From positions 620,001-684,000 of the forward strand of contig JBBPEB010000002.1 of the NCBI GenBank assembly GCA_039096225.1: a DNA stretch of 64,000 nucleotides, given 5' to 3'. The translations under genes were made by a program, and so were the position numbers. The notes beneath the pieces are model-generated. The model worked only from the letters and a program-made list of their open reading frames with translations. It made no database searches and was not told the origin of the DNA. Of this stretch, positions 30,054-45,214 are shown one piece after another. This DNA comes from Blastocystis sp. Blastoise. Lineage: Eukaryota > Protista > Bigyra: Opalinata. Within the stretch, counting starts at the first letter, position 1. Every line of letters starts with the position of its first letter.

Positions 30054-30260
30054 TATATTATTTCAATACTTCACATTGTGACCCATTTCGAGATTTATTA
30101 GCTTTAGAAATTCCATAATGATTAAAAAAGTAACTAAACTATTTATAAATACAAAATATATTTAAAAAATAATAAATAACAAATATAATGAATCAAACAA
30201 GAATTTATATATTTTTTTTGTTTTTAGTTTTTCAGATATTATTTAAATAATCTATTTAAT

Positions 30261-30328
30261 TCTTATATCAGGAATTGAGCCTGATTACAATTAATAAATG
30301 ATTGTTACTCTCCATATAGAGTATAAGA
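30261..30328 (-). ncRNA. tRNA-like cloverleaf near Helitron 1 3' end
   Basis: TCTTATA/TATAAGA, CTCT-atatgg-AGAG, ACAAT/ATTGT arm, TCAGG-CTCAATT-CCTGA. Confidence 0.55.
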
Positions 30329-30565
30329 AGTGTTTTTAAAATAATGTATAATATATATAATATATTATATATAATAAGTAACATCTAATAGATAATATTT
30401 AATAAATAATACATATTATATAATATATAATATATAATATATAATATATAATATATAATATATTATAGATAATAAGGAAAGAAATTGTATAAAAACCAAA
30501 CACTTATTATTCATTGCAGCCGCGGTCCGGTGCCGTTAGGCCCCGGACCTGCGGCGTGACCCTAG

Positions 30566-31933
30566 TATTTAATATAGGAAAACAAAAAAAGAGAAATTTG
30601 CTAATGCACAAGAAAAACAAAAAATACTATATTTATATACCTTCAATAACGTAACAGCGCGTTGTTTAAGAGTGTTTTGAATGACAATCATCAAGAGAAC
30701 CTAAAAAAAATAAAATAAAAAGAAATGTAAAAAGATACCTTATTAAAAATATAAAGGCACGATTCCAGCTGATAAAAACCTTTTGAACCTGACCAAGGAA
30801 ACTGTTTGACAAGAGACGGGAACCCAGAATGGAAAATCTAAAAGAATTATATAAAATAATAAGAAATATTTAATAAATACATAATGATGCAACACATACC
30901 TGTATCAAAAACTCCTGAGAAATGCATAAAAGTCCCTGGATCTGCTTGCATGCAACAAATAAAAAATGAATACGAATTCATGCTTAAATTCAAATTTGTT
31001 AGTCAAATACTAAAAATTTCTATGAAAATATTTTTTTAATTTTTTACATTTTTTTTATGACTCACTATTAAAATAATAAGTTTTAACACTTCACACACTA
31101 CATTATTCACACAACAATACAGTATCCCATTATTTTTGACTTTAAAAAAAAATTCATTTCTTTGACTCTGTGATCTGTTGAATAACCTGCCTAAATACTA
31201 TTGATTTCAACATAAAACATTTGCCTATTGCATAATTCATTATAAAAACTACGTTCTAAAAGACTCTTAATTGATTCTGAGAAAAAAGTATTTGTTTATG
31301 ACCTTTGATAGATTTGTTGTATGCGGAACTTTAAGTCATAGTAAAATTAAATGTAAAAGACTTTCTAAAAACTTTATATCCTCTGATATATAACAAAATA
31401 TAAATAGACTCAGTTTTGAGCAAGAAAACAATTCCCGTAAATATTCAAAAATTTAAAACTCTGGTCAAATTCTCCGCCAAACAAATAGGCTCGGTTCAAT
31501 TTTTCAGTGTAAAAAAAATATAATTTTTTTACTTTTTGGCTGAATTTTGGTTTTGAGCCATAGAGGTTAGTTTATTCACTTTTACTTATATGTATGACTC
31601 TCAGAGGTCCTACACTTCAAACACAACTATAAAATGTTTTAAACTATTGACCCCAATAATCATCAAAATTATGACTTAAAACAAAACAAAAACGTTTTTG
31701 AAGTTATGTAACCCTCTACAAATAAAAAATAATGCCAATTCTTTAATAAATTGTATCTAACATGAATTTTGGAGTCTAATAAAAAGTCAACTGAAAAAAA
31801 GTGTCAGAATTTTGTCAAAAATCACGATTTTTGCCTAAGTCGCTGAAGTCAATTTCATTCTATTGGTGGAACAAGTTTTGAACCAAAATCAACCAATTGA
31901 AATGCTTTAAAAAATAGAAATGACCTGATAGTG
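30566..31933. mobile_element. Right-end fragment of a CACTA-terminated element
   Basis: Ends ACCTGATAGTG (reverse complement CACTATCAGGT); homologous to ~39700-40267 plus 42996-43786. Confidence 0.65.
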
Positions 31934-34763
31934 TTGATTGACCCTCATAAAATCAAATTTTGACTTTATTTATGAATACAGTGATTGTAACCATACACAA
32001 ATATGTCATTACTGGGTTTTTCATAAACAATAATGAAAATTTTACAAATTTTCGTGATTTTTCACAAACATTCGTTTTTTTTTCATTTAGATTCGCAAAA
32101 ATTTCATTTGATTTAATAAAAATTTTACTTTATTTCACTTTATTTTTATAAATATTCGTAATTTTTAACTTTGATTATTTTTTTCATTTAAATTTAATAA
32201 TTTTTTCATTTAAATTAACGTAAGTATTTTTGACTTTTTACTCTTTTTTTAAACTTTTATAAACATATAGACTATGAGCGAAAACAATTTAAGCCGAAAC
32301 CAGCGAGGCCATTATTCCATCATTACTGATGAGACGAGAAAGCGAATTATTGACTTTTATACAAGCGGTGCCACCGATTTCTCAAGTTTTTGTCAAACTA
32401 TGAAGGTTAATGAAAGTACTGCCCGATCAATCATTTCAAGTTATGTCAAAAATGGAAAAGTTGTCCGTCAAGTTCCTTCAAGTCGAAAAGCGAAAGTCGT
32501 CAGTCAATAAATAAAAGATCAAATTATAAAGTCAATTGACGAAAACTGCTGTATTACTTTATAAAAGATCAAATTATAAACACTATCAGGTATTCCCGTG
32601 ATACTTTTTGGAGAGTTTTGCCAAAAAATGACTAAATGACTTTTTAAGACTTTTTCAGCTATGCGAATAGCGTCGCCAAAATGAGGCTGATTTTTCTCGG
32701 ATATAATCTGTCTTTCTTATTCATTCATTACTTTTATAAACGTCATTTTTTCATTTATTTTATGGTTGTGGAATGATAATTAAAATAAATATAACAAAAG
32801 ACAATAAATAATAATTATAATAATAATAAAAATAATAAAAATAATCATTATTTGAGTTTGTTTTGAGATAATTGGAATCTTATTTTGAGGACTATATATA
32901 AAAATCATAATAATATAGATAATATATAAATATATACCTTGATAGAAGACCTCAAGACAAACTGACGAAGGAAAACAAACACTATAAAAATATAATCAAT
33001 AAAAATATATATAATATAATAATATACCTTCAACTACCAAACAGTTGTTGACCAACAGGGACTACCGAAAGTACCTTGAACCTATATAAAATAAAAATAG
33101 TTAATTGCAAAAAAATAAAATCAAATAAAATACCTTAAGAACCAGGGAGTTGTTGACCACGAAGACAAGTAACAATACCTGAACCTATAAAAGATAATAA
33201 ATAGTAATAAGAAAGAGAATGTAAAAAAATACCTTTAATAGCACCAGATTTCTGGTCTCCTAGACTCTACAACTCATAGGCTAACTAAATACAATAAAAT
33301 AAATGAAAAAGAAACATACCTTAAAAAATGAAGACCAATTGCGACCTATTTGAAATCATTTGGATAGACCATGGAGACTATATAGTATAAAGCAAATAAA
33401 AAATATTATATACATTTTATAATATATAAAATATATCTGAAAAATAAATAAAAATAAAAATAAATATGTGAAAAAGTTGAATTTTATAAACAAAGAGAAA
33501 TTCCCCCATATAAAATCTTTTTTTCTATAATAAAAGTCTGTATAAATTCTGGGTTTCAAGGGGTTAAAACATTTTAAAATTTTCATTTTTTCTCTACTAA
33601 TAAGTGTATTTGAATGTAAAAATGATTTATAAATATATTATGTGTTTATGAACCTAAATTATTTAATTTCAACATGTTTAACACTTAATAGAACCAAAAA
33701 ATAGTTATTTTTAAAAGTTTTAATTTCAATTAAATATATTTGTCAGTTATAGTTATATAATAGTATTTGATTTATAATAAGAATACAATAGATAATCAAG
33801 ATATATATTTATTATAATCACTTATAGAGACATGATTCATAATTTATAATTCTTTTGTTTTTAGTATGTTTTATTAAAACGAATTATTGAATATTATAAG
33901 TAACTGAATAAACTGAGTTTTTTTTTAAAGGTCATCAAGTTGTTTTAGATATAATAAAGAATATAATTTATTAAAATATAAAGTAGATTAATATTTACTC
34001 TTTTTCATTATTCTAAAAGAATTCTATAAATAATCTTATTATTTAAATACTACAAAACAAAAGGAGTAATATATAAGTAATTGAAACACAATAAAAGATA
34101 GATAAAAAAGAAAATATATAGTATATATATAATAATCTATCATTATAATATATATAATATATGAATAAATATGAAACTTCTTTCTATCCTATATATACAT
34201 GATTATAAAACTAGATATAATTTAAATATATATATATTGATATAGTATTATAAATATATATACATGGGAGAATAATAATTATCATTACATATAAAGTGAA
34301 TTATGCTAAAGTCTATATAATAATAATAATAGTAATAATATTTAGTATATATATATATACAGGATATATAATAACCATGTTTCTGATAATTATGGTTATC
34401 AATAAGGGACATAAAACATAGGTATTATAGGATGTATATAGTATAGTATATATTGACGTATTTGTAGTTTAGAGATATAATAAACATTGTTTGTAGTATA
34501 TCTAATATTATAATACCTATATATATATATTATATAAAAGTATAATAATAAAGTATATATAAATATATTGTATAAAAAGTTTAATAACAAAGTATATATA
34601 CATATGTATACAATTGAGAAATACTAAAGAATAAATATTTCCCGCGATTATTGATCATAAAAACAACATGATACTCTTAGGATAGAAGATGAAGTAGGAG
34701 ATAAAAGGAGAAAAGTATATAACAACGGGAATAAATTAGTATATCTATAAGAAATAGATATTG

Positions 34764-34801
<38 letters not shown>

Positions 34802-34979
34802 TAAAATATTAAATAAAATAATCATGTGACGTTAGAATTCGATAGAGAGATTTATATATCTATAGATTGTATATAATAATAATAATAATAGTAATTTGGT
34901 TAATAATAATATGGTTAATATAAATAATAATATGGTTAATAATAATAATAATAAATATAATACACATAATAATAATAAG

Positions 34980-35010
<31 letters not shown>

Positions 35011-35569
35011 TATATATATATATATATACTTTTAAGTTTAGATATAAGTCATTAGATATAATAAATAATACTCGAATCCTTACATGTTTCATCATTCATT
35101 ATATAATTTTCTTCTTCATTTCCTTCTTCTTCTTCATCATCATCATATCATCAATTTTTTCTTTAACTTCTTCATCTATATAAGTGTTTTCTTATATTTC
35201 TTTTTTTATTCTTATCTTCATTATTCTTATCTTCTTAACTTCAATACATCTCTTTCTTTTTCTCTTTCTAAGCATCTAACTTTTCATATAACTTCTATTA
35301 CTTCTTCTTTTCTTCTTCATAAGTATTTATTGGTTTTCTTCTTAATTTGTTATAATATAATTCCATTTAGTTGATTTCTTAGTTCTTACCTGTGCTTTAA
35401 TTTAATCACTTCATTATTTCAATTCTTCTTTAGTAACATCAGAAACATTAAATACCCAATAATATAATAAAACACATAATATATGAATTGTTATCTTTTC
35501 ACCAGGTTTCTTATTCTGTATATATAGGATATATATATATATATAAAATAATAATAATAATAAAAAAGT

Positions 35570-35687
<118 letters not shown>

Positions 35688-36585
35688 TAATAAATAATAT
35701 ATATATATATATATATATACCATTTTAATTATATATCTGAATAAGAATAATGTTTGAGACCAGGAAGAAAACGATTAAAATACCAAGTGTATTAATACTA
35801 GAAAGCAATTATCTATATAAAAAATTAAAGATATTATAGTCATAACTTTTATATATAATAAATATAATAATAATAATAAATATAATAAATAAATATAATA
35901 ATATACCTATTTTAGTGGTATCTTCAATAAAATGAATTAATAAAGGAATAATTATATTACTTAACGTGCTATTATAAATAAACTCTTAGAACAATCTGTA
36001 ATATAATTATTATTCAATTTAATTTTATTCTTATCAATTATAATATTATTTTCTTTATTCACTTCTACATTATTACAATTCTCTTCTTCTTCTTCTTCTT
36101 TTTCTTCTACTACTACTACTAATTGACTCTCATCATAAATTATATCTATAGATTCTTTCATTAATAAGTCATTTCTTCCTCTTCTTTATCTTTTCTTCTT
36201 CTATTCCTACTTCTTTGACATCATATTCGTTTCTTCATTTTTAAACTTTTTCTTCAATTTCTTATATTTCTAATTCTTCTTTCTTCTTTCTCTCTTCACC
36301 CTATCAACAAATAATAATAAATCACAGTGTTATGCAGGATCATTCTATATATATATATTATTATTATAATAAATACTGTTATTATAAATACTATTATAAA
36401 AAATATTATTCTACAAATATATATACAAGATGTTTTAAAATATAGACAATATGTCCCAATAATTGAACAAGGGTCGACGAAGGATATAATTATTATTCTT
36501 AACTCATATCGTATAGTATGTAATACTATATTCACTGTACCCTTATATATTATATATATATAAATATAAATAAAAATAATATTAA

Positions 36586-36678
<93 letters not shown>

Positions 36679-36679
<1 letters not shown>

Positions 36680-39371
36680 CATTACTATATATATGAGAAT
36701 AGGCAAAAAAATTCCCATTGGTCAGTTTTTGGAGAATGCATTTGATTGGCTACTATATACTAGAGTTTGTACCCACAACTCCTCTAAACTTACGGGGAGT
36801 TAACTTTTCGTTGAAACACAGTTCAATAGGATATAACATGTAGTTGTGCACCATATATTTGGTTAAGCGATATTATTAATAATTAAAAAGTTATTAATAA
36901 AAGAACAGAAAACATGATTTTTGAGTCGTTTTTGATTGGCTCTTTGGGATGACCCCGATAAAAATTGTTGACCAGACAATTGGAAAATAAACATGGGGTA
37001 AACTTGATTTTTTCTCAATCCCACAATATACGTTATCCGTGTTTATTCTTTATATTTATCTATTTTTTAATACTTTTTCATATTGAACACGTGAGGCCTT
37101 AACGGTCAAATTTAGATTCTTATTTTGACATCATATTCTGATTCAGGAGGTCAAAAAACCTAGGTGTACCAATTTTGAGCTCCTGAGGACGATTTTTGAG
37201 TGATCCATATTTTCATCGATCTTCTTATAGTGGACTAATATTACAGCATAGTAATCAATAGGTCATTAAACTACTATAGTTAAAACAAAGTCTTAAAATA
37301 ACGAGTTTAAAAGTGACAATTTTGAAAAATGTGAATTAAGTGGTCTTAGAGTGAGAGATTCAATATAATGACTTTTATTTAGTAAACTAGAGATAGTACT
37401 CTATACTATATTAAAAGGAGAGTCAAAATTATGAAGGTCAAAGTGTATGACCAAATGACAAAATGTGTCTTAAAAAGTAAAAGGGTTTGCATATGTGTTT
37501 AGAATCATGTATTAAGTATATTCTATGAATAAGAGCTTTAAATAAATAGTTTAAGGTTGTCAAATTTAAAAGAATGTGTAAAACATAGTCTTAAACTGTG
37601 AATAAAAAATTTAGAGATATTAATTAGTATACAACTGTAGTAGCTCTACAACATATCAAAAGTTCAAAGAAAATAATTTTTAGAGAGTGGATGTGTGAGG
37701 TGTTGTGACTATTATTCAAAATTTATTTTTACTTCAGTTTGTTTAAAATCGTGAATTTCGTGCACTGTAAAAAAATTGAGTCAAAAAGTCAACTCTAAGG
37801 GTCTTAAATTTAAAAAAATGTAAAAATGAGTGACTTAGAGGACGAGATTCAAAATAAGAGCTTTTATTCATTAAACTAGAGTGTATGATCTATATTATGT
37901 TAAAAGGAGGGACAAAAATATTTTGATCAGAGTGTATGACCAAATGGTAAAGTGTCTTTAAAAAGTCTAAAGTGATGACTAATGTGCTCATAGAGTCATA
38001 TAGAGTCTACTATGAAAATATTAGCTTTTAAAAATATGTTTAAGCCTTTCAATTAGTAAAAATATGTTTAAAGAGAGTCATAAAATGAGAGTTTTAAGAA
38101 ACGAGATATTGTTCAGTATACACTAAGAGACACTCTACAACATATCAAAAATATAGCAAAATCTATTTTTAGAGACTGCATGTGTAAAGGGTTGTGAGAG
38201 TTATTGAAAAAATATTTTTACTTCAGTTTGAGCAAAATCATGTTTTTGGAACACTGTAGAAAAATTAACTTCAAAAATCAACTCTAAGGGTCTTAATTTT
38301 TAAAAATGTGAAAATGTTTGACTTAGAGGACGAGATTCAAAATTCCATCTCACTTTCATATAACTAGAGCACACACTCTATATTATATCAAAAGGAGGGA
38401 CGAAAATATTTTGGTCGAAGTAAATGAGCAAATGCAAAAGGTTTATAAAATGTCTTAAAGTGATCACCAATGTGTAGCTAACACTATACTGAGTATAGTA
38501 TGTAAATATTAGCTTATAAAAATGAATTTAAGTGTGTCAACTTTTCATAATGTGTCAAAAAAGGTCTTTAAGAAAGAGATTCAAAACATTTACTTTTATT
38601 TAATAAATAGTATGATAAACTCTATACTATATCAAAAGACTGAAGGAAATTATTTTGATACAGTGGATCTTGAATGGGTAAAGTCTCTTTAAAAGTTATA
38701 TTTTTGAGTTATTTGTGTTTAAAATCATTAGTTGAAATTAATATAAAAATATTAACTTTTTAAATAATGTTTTAGTTGTCAAAGTGAAAATGAATGTTGA
38801 CTTTGTTATACTTAAAACTTCAAAATTCTTTTAAAAAGTATGAAAATGAGTTTAAATTATTATATTATGCTAATTTAAATGAATTTTATAAATTAAAAAT
38901 ACTTCAAAGTACTTCACATTGTAACTCATTTCTGAAGTTATTGACTTTAAAAATTCACAAAATGCTTTAAACAGTTGTTTAATCATTACTAAATACAAAA
39001 TATATTTAAAAATAATTTTTTGTGATGAATATAACTCAAAATATTGTTTTTAATTAAAAGATAATTTTTATTTGTTTTCATTTCTTATTTAAAAAGTCTA
39101 AAATAATCTTATATCAGGAATTGAACCTGATTACAATTATAAAATAATTGTAACTCTCCATATAGAGTATAAGAAATTAATATTTAATAAATAATATATA
39201 TAATATATAATATATAATATATAATATATAATATATAATATATAATAAATGACTCATATTAAAAACTATATATATAATATATAAGATAAAAGATAAATAA
39301 ATATTCTTTATATACTCTTTATGCAGCCGCGGTCCGGGGCCGTTAGGCACTGGACCTGCGGCGTGACCCTA

Positions 39372-39372
<1 letters not shown>
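36679..39372 (+). mobile_element. Non-autonomous Helitron copy 2, inserted in an (AAT)n tract
   Basis: A|TCATTACTAT...hairpin-CTAG|T; three degenerate internal ~490-bp units (GTGTATGACCAAATG-like at 37443, 37933, 38420); tRNA-like motif at 39107-39174. Confidence 0.9.
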
Positions 39373-39428
<56 letters not shown>

Positions 39429-39470
39429 TTAATATATATAATACAATAAAAAAAAAAAAAAAAAAAAAAA

Positions 39471-39561
<91 letters not shown>

Positions 39562-40267
39562 TATAAACTTACCTTTTACTTTTGAAATGACACAATTAAT
39601 GAGAAGATTCACAAATGGAAACAAGATAACTAATTCTATATATAAAATATAATATAGAAAACATATAAAATTGAAAAGTAGAATAAATAAAAATTAAACC
39701 AATATTTTATATAGGAAAATTTAAAAAATAGAAATTTGTTAATGCAAATGAAAAAATAATTATAGTATAATTATATACCTTCAACAGTGTACCGAGTGGC
39801 TTTTTCTGACAATGTTTACAATGTGAGTCATCAAGAAACCTAAAAAATAAGAAAAAAAGAAATGTAAAAAAATACCTTTGTAGATATATAGAAGAAGCAA
39901 TTCTTTTTGATAAACACTTTTGATTTTGACCAAAGAAAGTGTTTGACATGATAGGGGAACCCAGAATGGAAAACCTAAAAGAATTATATAAAAAAGTACG
40001 AAATATTTAATAAACACATACTTATAAAGTACCTACCTACATAAGAAAATCCTGATATATGTATAAAAGTGTCTATATATGTCTGATTGTAATAAATTAA
40101 AAATAAAGATGAATTCATATTTAAATTCAAATTTGTTAGTCAAATTCAAAAAAAATCATGAAAAACATGTTGTTAATATTTTATTATTTTTATGATACAA
40201 TATTAAAATTATAAGTTTTAATACGTCACATACCACACTACTGACATGCTACTACTATGTGCACTAA

Positions 40268-42995
40268 TCATTACTATATATATGAGAATAGGCAAAAAAA
40301 TTCCCATTGGTCAGTTTTTGGAAAATGCATTTGATTGGTTAAGGTATACTATAGTTTGTACCCACAACTCCTCTAAACTTACGGGAAGTTAACTTTTGGT
40401 TGAAACACAGTTCAATACGATATAAGCTGTAGATTTGCACCGTCTACTTTGTTAAGCTATATTGTTTATAATTAAAAAGTTATTAATAAAAGAACAGAAA
40501 ACATGATTTTTGAGTCGTTTTTGATTGGCTCTTTGGGGTGACCCCGATAAAAATTGTTGACCAGACAATTGAAAAATAAACATGGGGTAAACTTGATTTT
40601 TTCTCAATCCCACAATATACGTTATCCGTGTTTATTCTTTATATTCATCTATTTTTTAATACTTTTTCATATTGAACACGTGAGGCCTTAACGGTCAAAT
40701 TTAGATTGTCAATTTGACATGATATTCTGATTCAGGAGGTCGAAAAACCTAGGTGTAGCGATTTTGAGCTCCTGAGGACGATTTTTGAGTGATCCATATT
40801 TTCTTTGATCTTCTTATAATCAACTAATATTGTAGTATTGTAATCAATAGGTTATTAAACTACTATAGTTAAAACAGAGTCTTAAAATAATGAGTTTGAG
40901 TGTCACAATTTTGAAAAATGTGAATTAAGTAGTCTTAGAGTGAGAGATTCAATATAATGACTTTTATTTAGTAAACTTGAGATATTACTCTATACTATAT
41001 CAAAACAAGAGTCAAAACTATGAAAGTCAAAGTGTATGACCAAATGACAAAATGTGTCTTAAAAAGTAAAAAAGGGTTTCTATATGTGTATAGAATTATT
41101 TATTAAGTTTATTTTATGAATAAGAGCTTTAAATAAATAGTTTAAGGTTGTCAAATTTAAAAGAATGTGTAAAACATAGTCTTAAACTATGAATAAAAAA
41201 TTTAGAGATATTAATTAGTGTACAGCTGTAGTAGCTCTACAACATATCAAAAGTACAAAGAAAATAATTTTTAAAGAGTGGATGTGTGAGGTGTTGTGAC
41301 TATTATTTAAAATTTATTTTTACTTCAGTTTATATAAAATCGTGAATTTCGCGCACTGTAGAAAAATTGAGTCAAAAAAACAACTCTAAGGGTCTTAAAT
41401 TTTGAAAAATGTAAAAATGAGTGACTTAGAGGACGAGATTCAAAATAAGAGTGTTTAGTCATTAAACTAGACTGTATGACCTATATTATGTTAAAAGGAG
41501 GGATGAAAATATTTTGGTCGAAGTAAATGACCAAATGGTAAAGTCTTCTTAATAAGTCTAAAGTGATGACTAATATGTTTATGGTGTCTTATAAAGTCTA
41601 CTATGTAAATATTAGCTTTTAAAAATATGTTTAAGCCTTTCAATTAGTAAAAATATGTTCAAAGAGACTCATAAAATGAGAGTTTTAAGAAACGAGATAT
41701 TGTTCAGTATACACTAAGAGACACTCTACAACATATCAAAAATATAGCAAAAACTATTTTTAGAGAGTGGATGTGTGAAGGGTTGTGTGAGTTATTGAAA
41801 AAATATTTTTCACTCAGTTTATCCAAAATTATGTTTTTGGAACACTGTAGAAAAATTAACTTCAAAAATCAACTCTAAGGGTCTTAATTTTTAAAAATGT
41901 GAAAATGATTGACTTAGAGGACGAGATTCAAAATTCCCCCTCGCTTTCATATAATTAGAGCACACACTCTATATTATATCAAAAGGAGGGATGAAAATAT
42001 TTTGGTCGAAGTAAATGAGCAAATGCAAAAGGTTTATAAAATGTCTTAAAGTGATGACCAATGTGTAGCTATGGTCTTATTAAGTAAAGTGTGTAAATAT
42101 TAGCTTATAAAAATGAGTTTAAGTGTGTCAACTTTTCATAATGTGTCAAGAAGGGTCTTTAAGAAAGAGATTCAAAACATTTGCTTTTATTTAATAAATT
42201 GTATAATAAAATCTATACTATATCAAAAGACTGAAGGAAATTATTTTGATACAGTGGATCTTGAATGGGTAAAGTCTCTTTAAAAGTCACTTTTTCGAGT
42301 CATTTATGATTAAAATAAGTATTTGAGACAACTGAAGAAATATTAACTTTTTAAACCATGTTTTATTAGTCAAAGCTAGAATGAATGCTGACTTTGTTAT
42401 GATTAAAGCTTTCTAATTCTTTTAAAAAGTATTGAAATGAGTTTAAATCATTATATTACGTTTATTTAAATGAATTTTATGAATTAAAAATACTCAAGAG
42501 TACTTCACATTGTGACTCATTTCTGAAGTTATTGACTTTAAAAACTAAAAAAATGCTTAAAACAGTTGTTTAATTATTTATAAATACAAAATATATTTTT
42601 AAAATAATAAATAATATATAATAATACAAATTTCGTTTTTAGTATCTAAGAAATTCTTTTAGTTTTTTACATATTATAAAAAAGAATCTAAAAGATACTT
42701 ATATCAGGAATTGAACCTGATTACAATCATTTACTGATTATAACTCTCCATATAGAGTATAAGAAATGTAATAAATAATAGATAATAAATAATAATATAC
42801 AGTAAATTAAAAATAATAGATAATAGATAATAAATAATAAATAATAATAGATAATAAATAATAATATAAAATAAATGATAAATAATAAATAACAATAGAT
42901 AATAAATGATAAAAGATACAAAAAGCCAAATATATATGATTTTATGCAGCCGCGGTCCGGGGCCGTTAGGCACTGGACCTGCGGCGTGACCCTAG
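40268..42995 (+). mobile_element. Non-autonomous Helitron copy 3
   Basis: Same termini; A|T insertion without TSD, shown by comparison with the empty paralogous site near 31130; tRNA-like motif at 42697-42764. Confidence 0.92.
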
Positions 42996-45142
42996 TTTCA
43001 AGTTAAAAAAATAACTCATTTTCTTGGACTCTCTGATCTATTTTCATACTTGCTGACAAACTATTGTTTGCAACTTAAAATGCCTCTCTATTACATAATT
43101 AACTCTAAAGGTGACTTTTTAAAAGACTTTTATTTGATTCTGAGAAAACACAGTTATTTTATACTCTTTGACAATTTGTTTTTATGCGGAACTTTAAGTC
43201 ATAATAGAATTTAATGAAAAACCTTTTCTAGAACTCTTATGTCCTCTGATATTCAATAAAATATAAATAGACTCAGTTTTAAACAAGAAAATTATTCCCG
43301 TAAATATTTTAAAAATTCAAAATTCTGGTCTGACTGTCCATGAAACAAATAGGCTCGGTTCATTTTTTCAGTGTAAAAAAAATATAAATTTTTGACTTTT
43401 TGACTGAATTTTGATTTTAAGTCATAGAGGTCATTTTATTCACTTTTACACATACTTGTGACTCTAAGAGGGTCTGAACTTCAAACAGAACAACAAAATG
43501 TTTTAAAATATTGACCCCATTTTTTGTCGAAATTGCGACTCAAAACAAAAGAAAAACGTTTTGGATATTGTGTAACCCTATGAAAACAAAAATCAATGTC
43601 AATTTTTTATTAAAATATGTTTAATAGGGTTTTTGAGTCCAAATCAAAAGTTAACTTAAAATTTTTGTGAAAATTTTCATTTTTTGCCTAAGTCTTTTTC
43701 TTTATTTAGTTTTCATTGGTTGAATCAATTTTGAACGAAAATTAGCCAATCAAAATGCTATAAAAAATCAAAATGACCTCATAGTGAAAGTCAATTGACG
43801 AAAACTGTTGTATTACCTTGGATCAAATTAGAGGAAAATTAATCGCGGTTTTTCCAGGTCAACAAATTCCTTCGGTTTCCACTATTTTTAGAACCATAAA
43901 TGGTCTTTTCTATTCGACGAAAAAGGTCTAAATTTCTCCTGCTGATCGAAATTCTCCAACCACAATCGAAAAACGCCATGAATACGCCGACGAGTTGGCT
44001 GATAATAGAGACAGTTTTAACTTCGTCTACGTTGACGAATCTGGCTTTAATTTATGGGAAAAAAGAATTTTTGGCCGAAGCAAGATAGGTTCTCCCGCAA
44101 TTATGGTTGTTCATGGTCAACGTGGTTGTAACATTTCATTGGTTCTTGCTATTAGTGGTCTTCGGGGAAACGTTCATCATCAATTTTTCAGTAATTCTGT
44201 TGGTTCCGAGCAATTTCTTGAATTTCTTACTGGTTTATGCGAGACACTTCGTGGAATTCCAACTGCGAAGCCGTTTTGCATTATAATGGATAATTGTTCC
44301 ATTCATAAAACCAAGGAAATCATTGATTTTTTAGGCGCTTCTGGTATTGCTTTTCATTTTCTTCCGCCTTGGTCCCCTTTTTTGAATCCAATTTAAGAGT
44401 CCTTTTCTTCAATTAAAACAAGAGCTAGAAACAATATTGCTTCTTTTGACTGGTCTAAGGAAAGCATTCTGTCAGAATCCAGAGAACACCAAATGACTTT
44501 ACTCGATTATCGATATTTCATTCTTGATCTCATGTTGACTGACAGTTTCCCGTCTAGTCTGATTATTGAGAACGTCCAAAAGTGGGAACAACACTCAATG
44601 GACTTCTTAAGAAGATGTCAGAATGATGAAATCATTCTTTAAGTTATTTTTTAAGTTTTTTTTTATAAAAGTGTTGTTTAGTTGTTAAAATGTTAAAAAA
44701 AAGGGTCAAAAGTCAAAATAAAAATAACTAATTTAAATGAAAAAATTATTAAATTTAAATGAAAAAAAAATAATCAAAGTTAAAAATTACGAATATTTAT
44801 AAAAATAAAGTGAAATAAAGTAAAATTTTTATTAAATCAAATGAAATTTTCGCGAATCTAAATGAAAAAACGAATGTTTGTGAAAAATCACGAAAATTTG
44901 TAAAATTTTCATTATTGTTTATGAAAAACCCAGTATATTCATATATTCCTTTGATATTTATTTTTCTCAAGAAATATTTTGAATCTTCATCTAGGATATC
45001 ACGATTACAGAATCTAATAATATTATTTTCATCTTGCAATATAAGTTTTTGTACTGACGAATCTATTACAATACAATCATTATCATTATCTTTTTCTAAT
45101 TCTTCATTTGCACATACATTCTTTTCAACATACGCATTACTA

Positions 45143-45214
<72 letters not shown>

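Larger units (their letters stand above)
28099..30066 (-). mobile_element. Crypton (tyrosine recombinase DNA transposon) inserted in Helitron 1
   Basis: TTTCAA direct repeats at 28099-28104 and 30061-30066. Removing the insert restores AAAAATA-N8-TACTTCACATTG as in Helitron copies 2 and 3. Long subterminal palindrome. Confidence 0.75.
22111..30565 (+). mobile_element. Non-autonomous Helitron copy 1, composite (micro-exon gene fragment and a Crypton inside)
   Basis: A|TCATTACTAT 5' end, GC hairpin then CTAG|T 3' end; both ends and the first ~1.4 kb are homologous to copies at 36679 and 40268. Confidence 0.8.
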
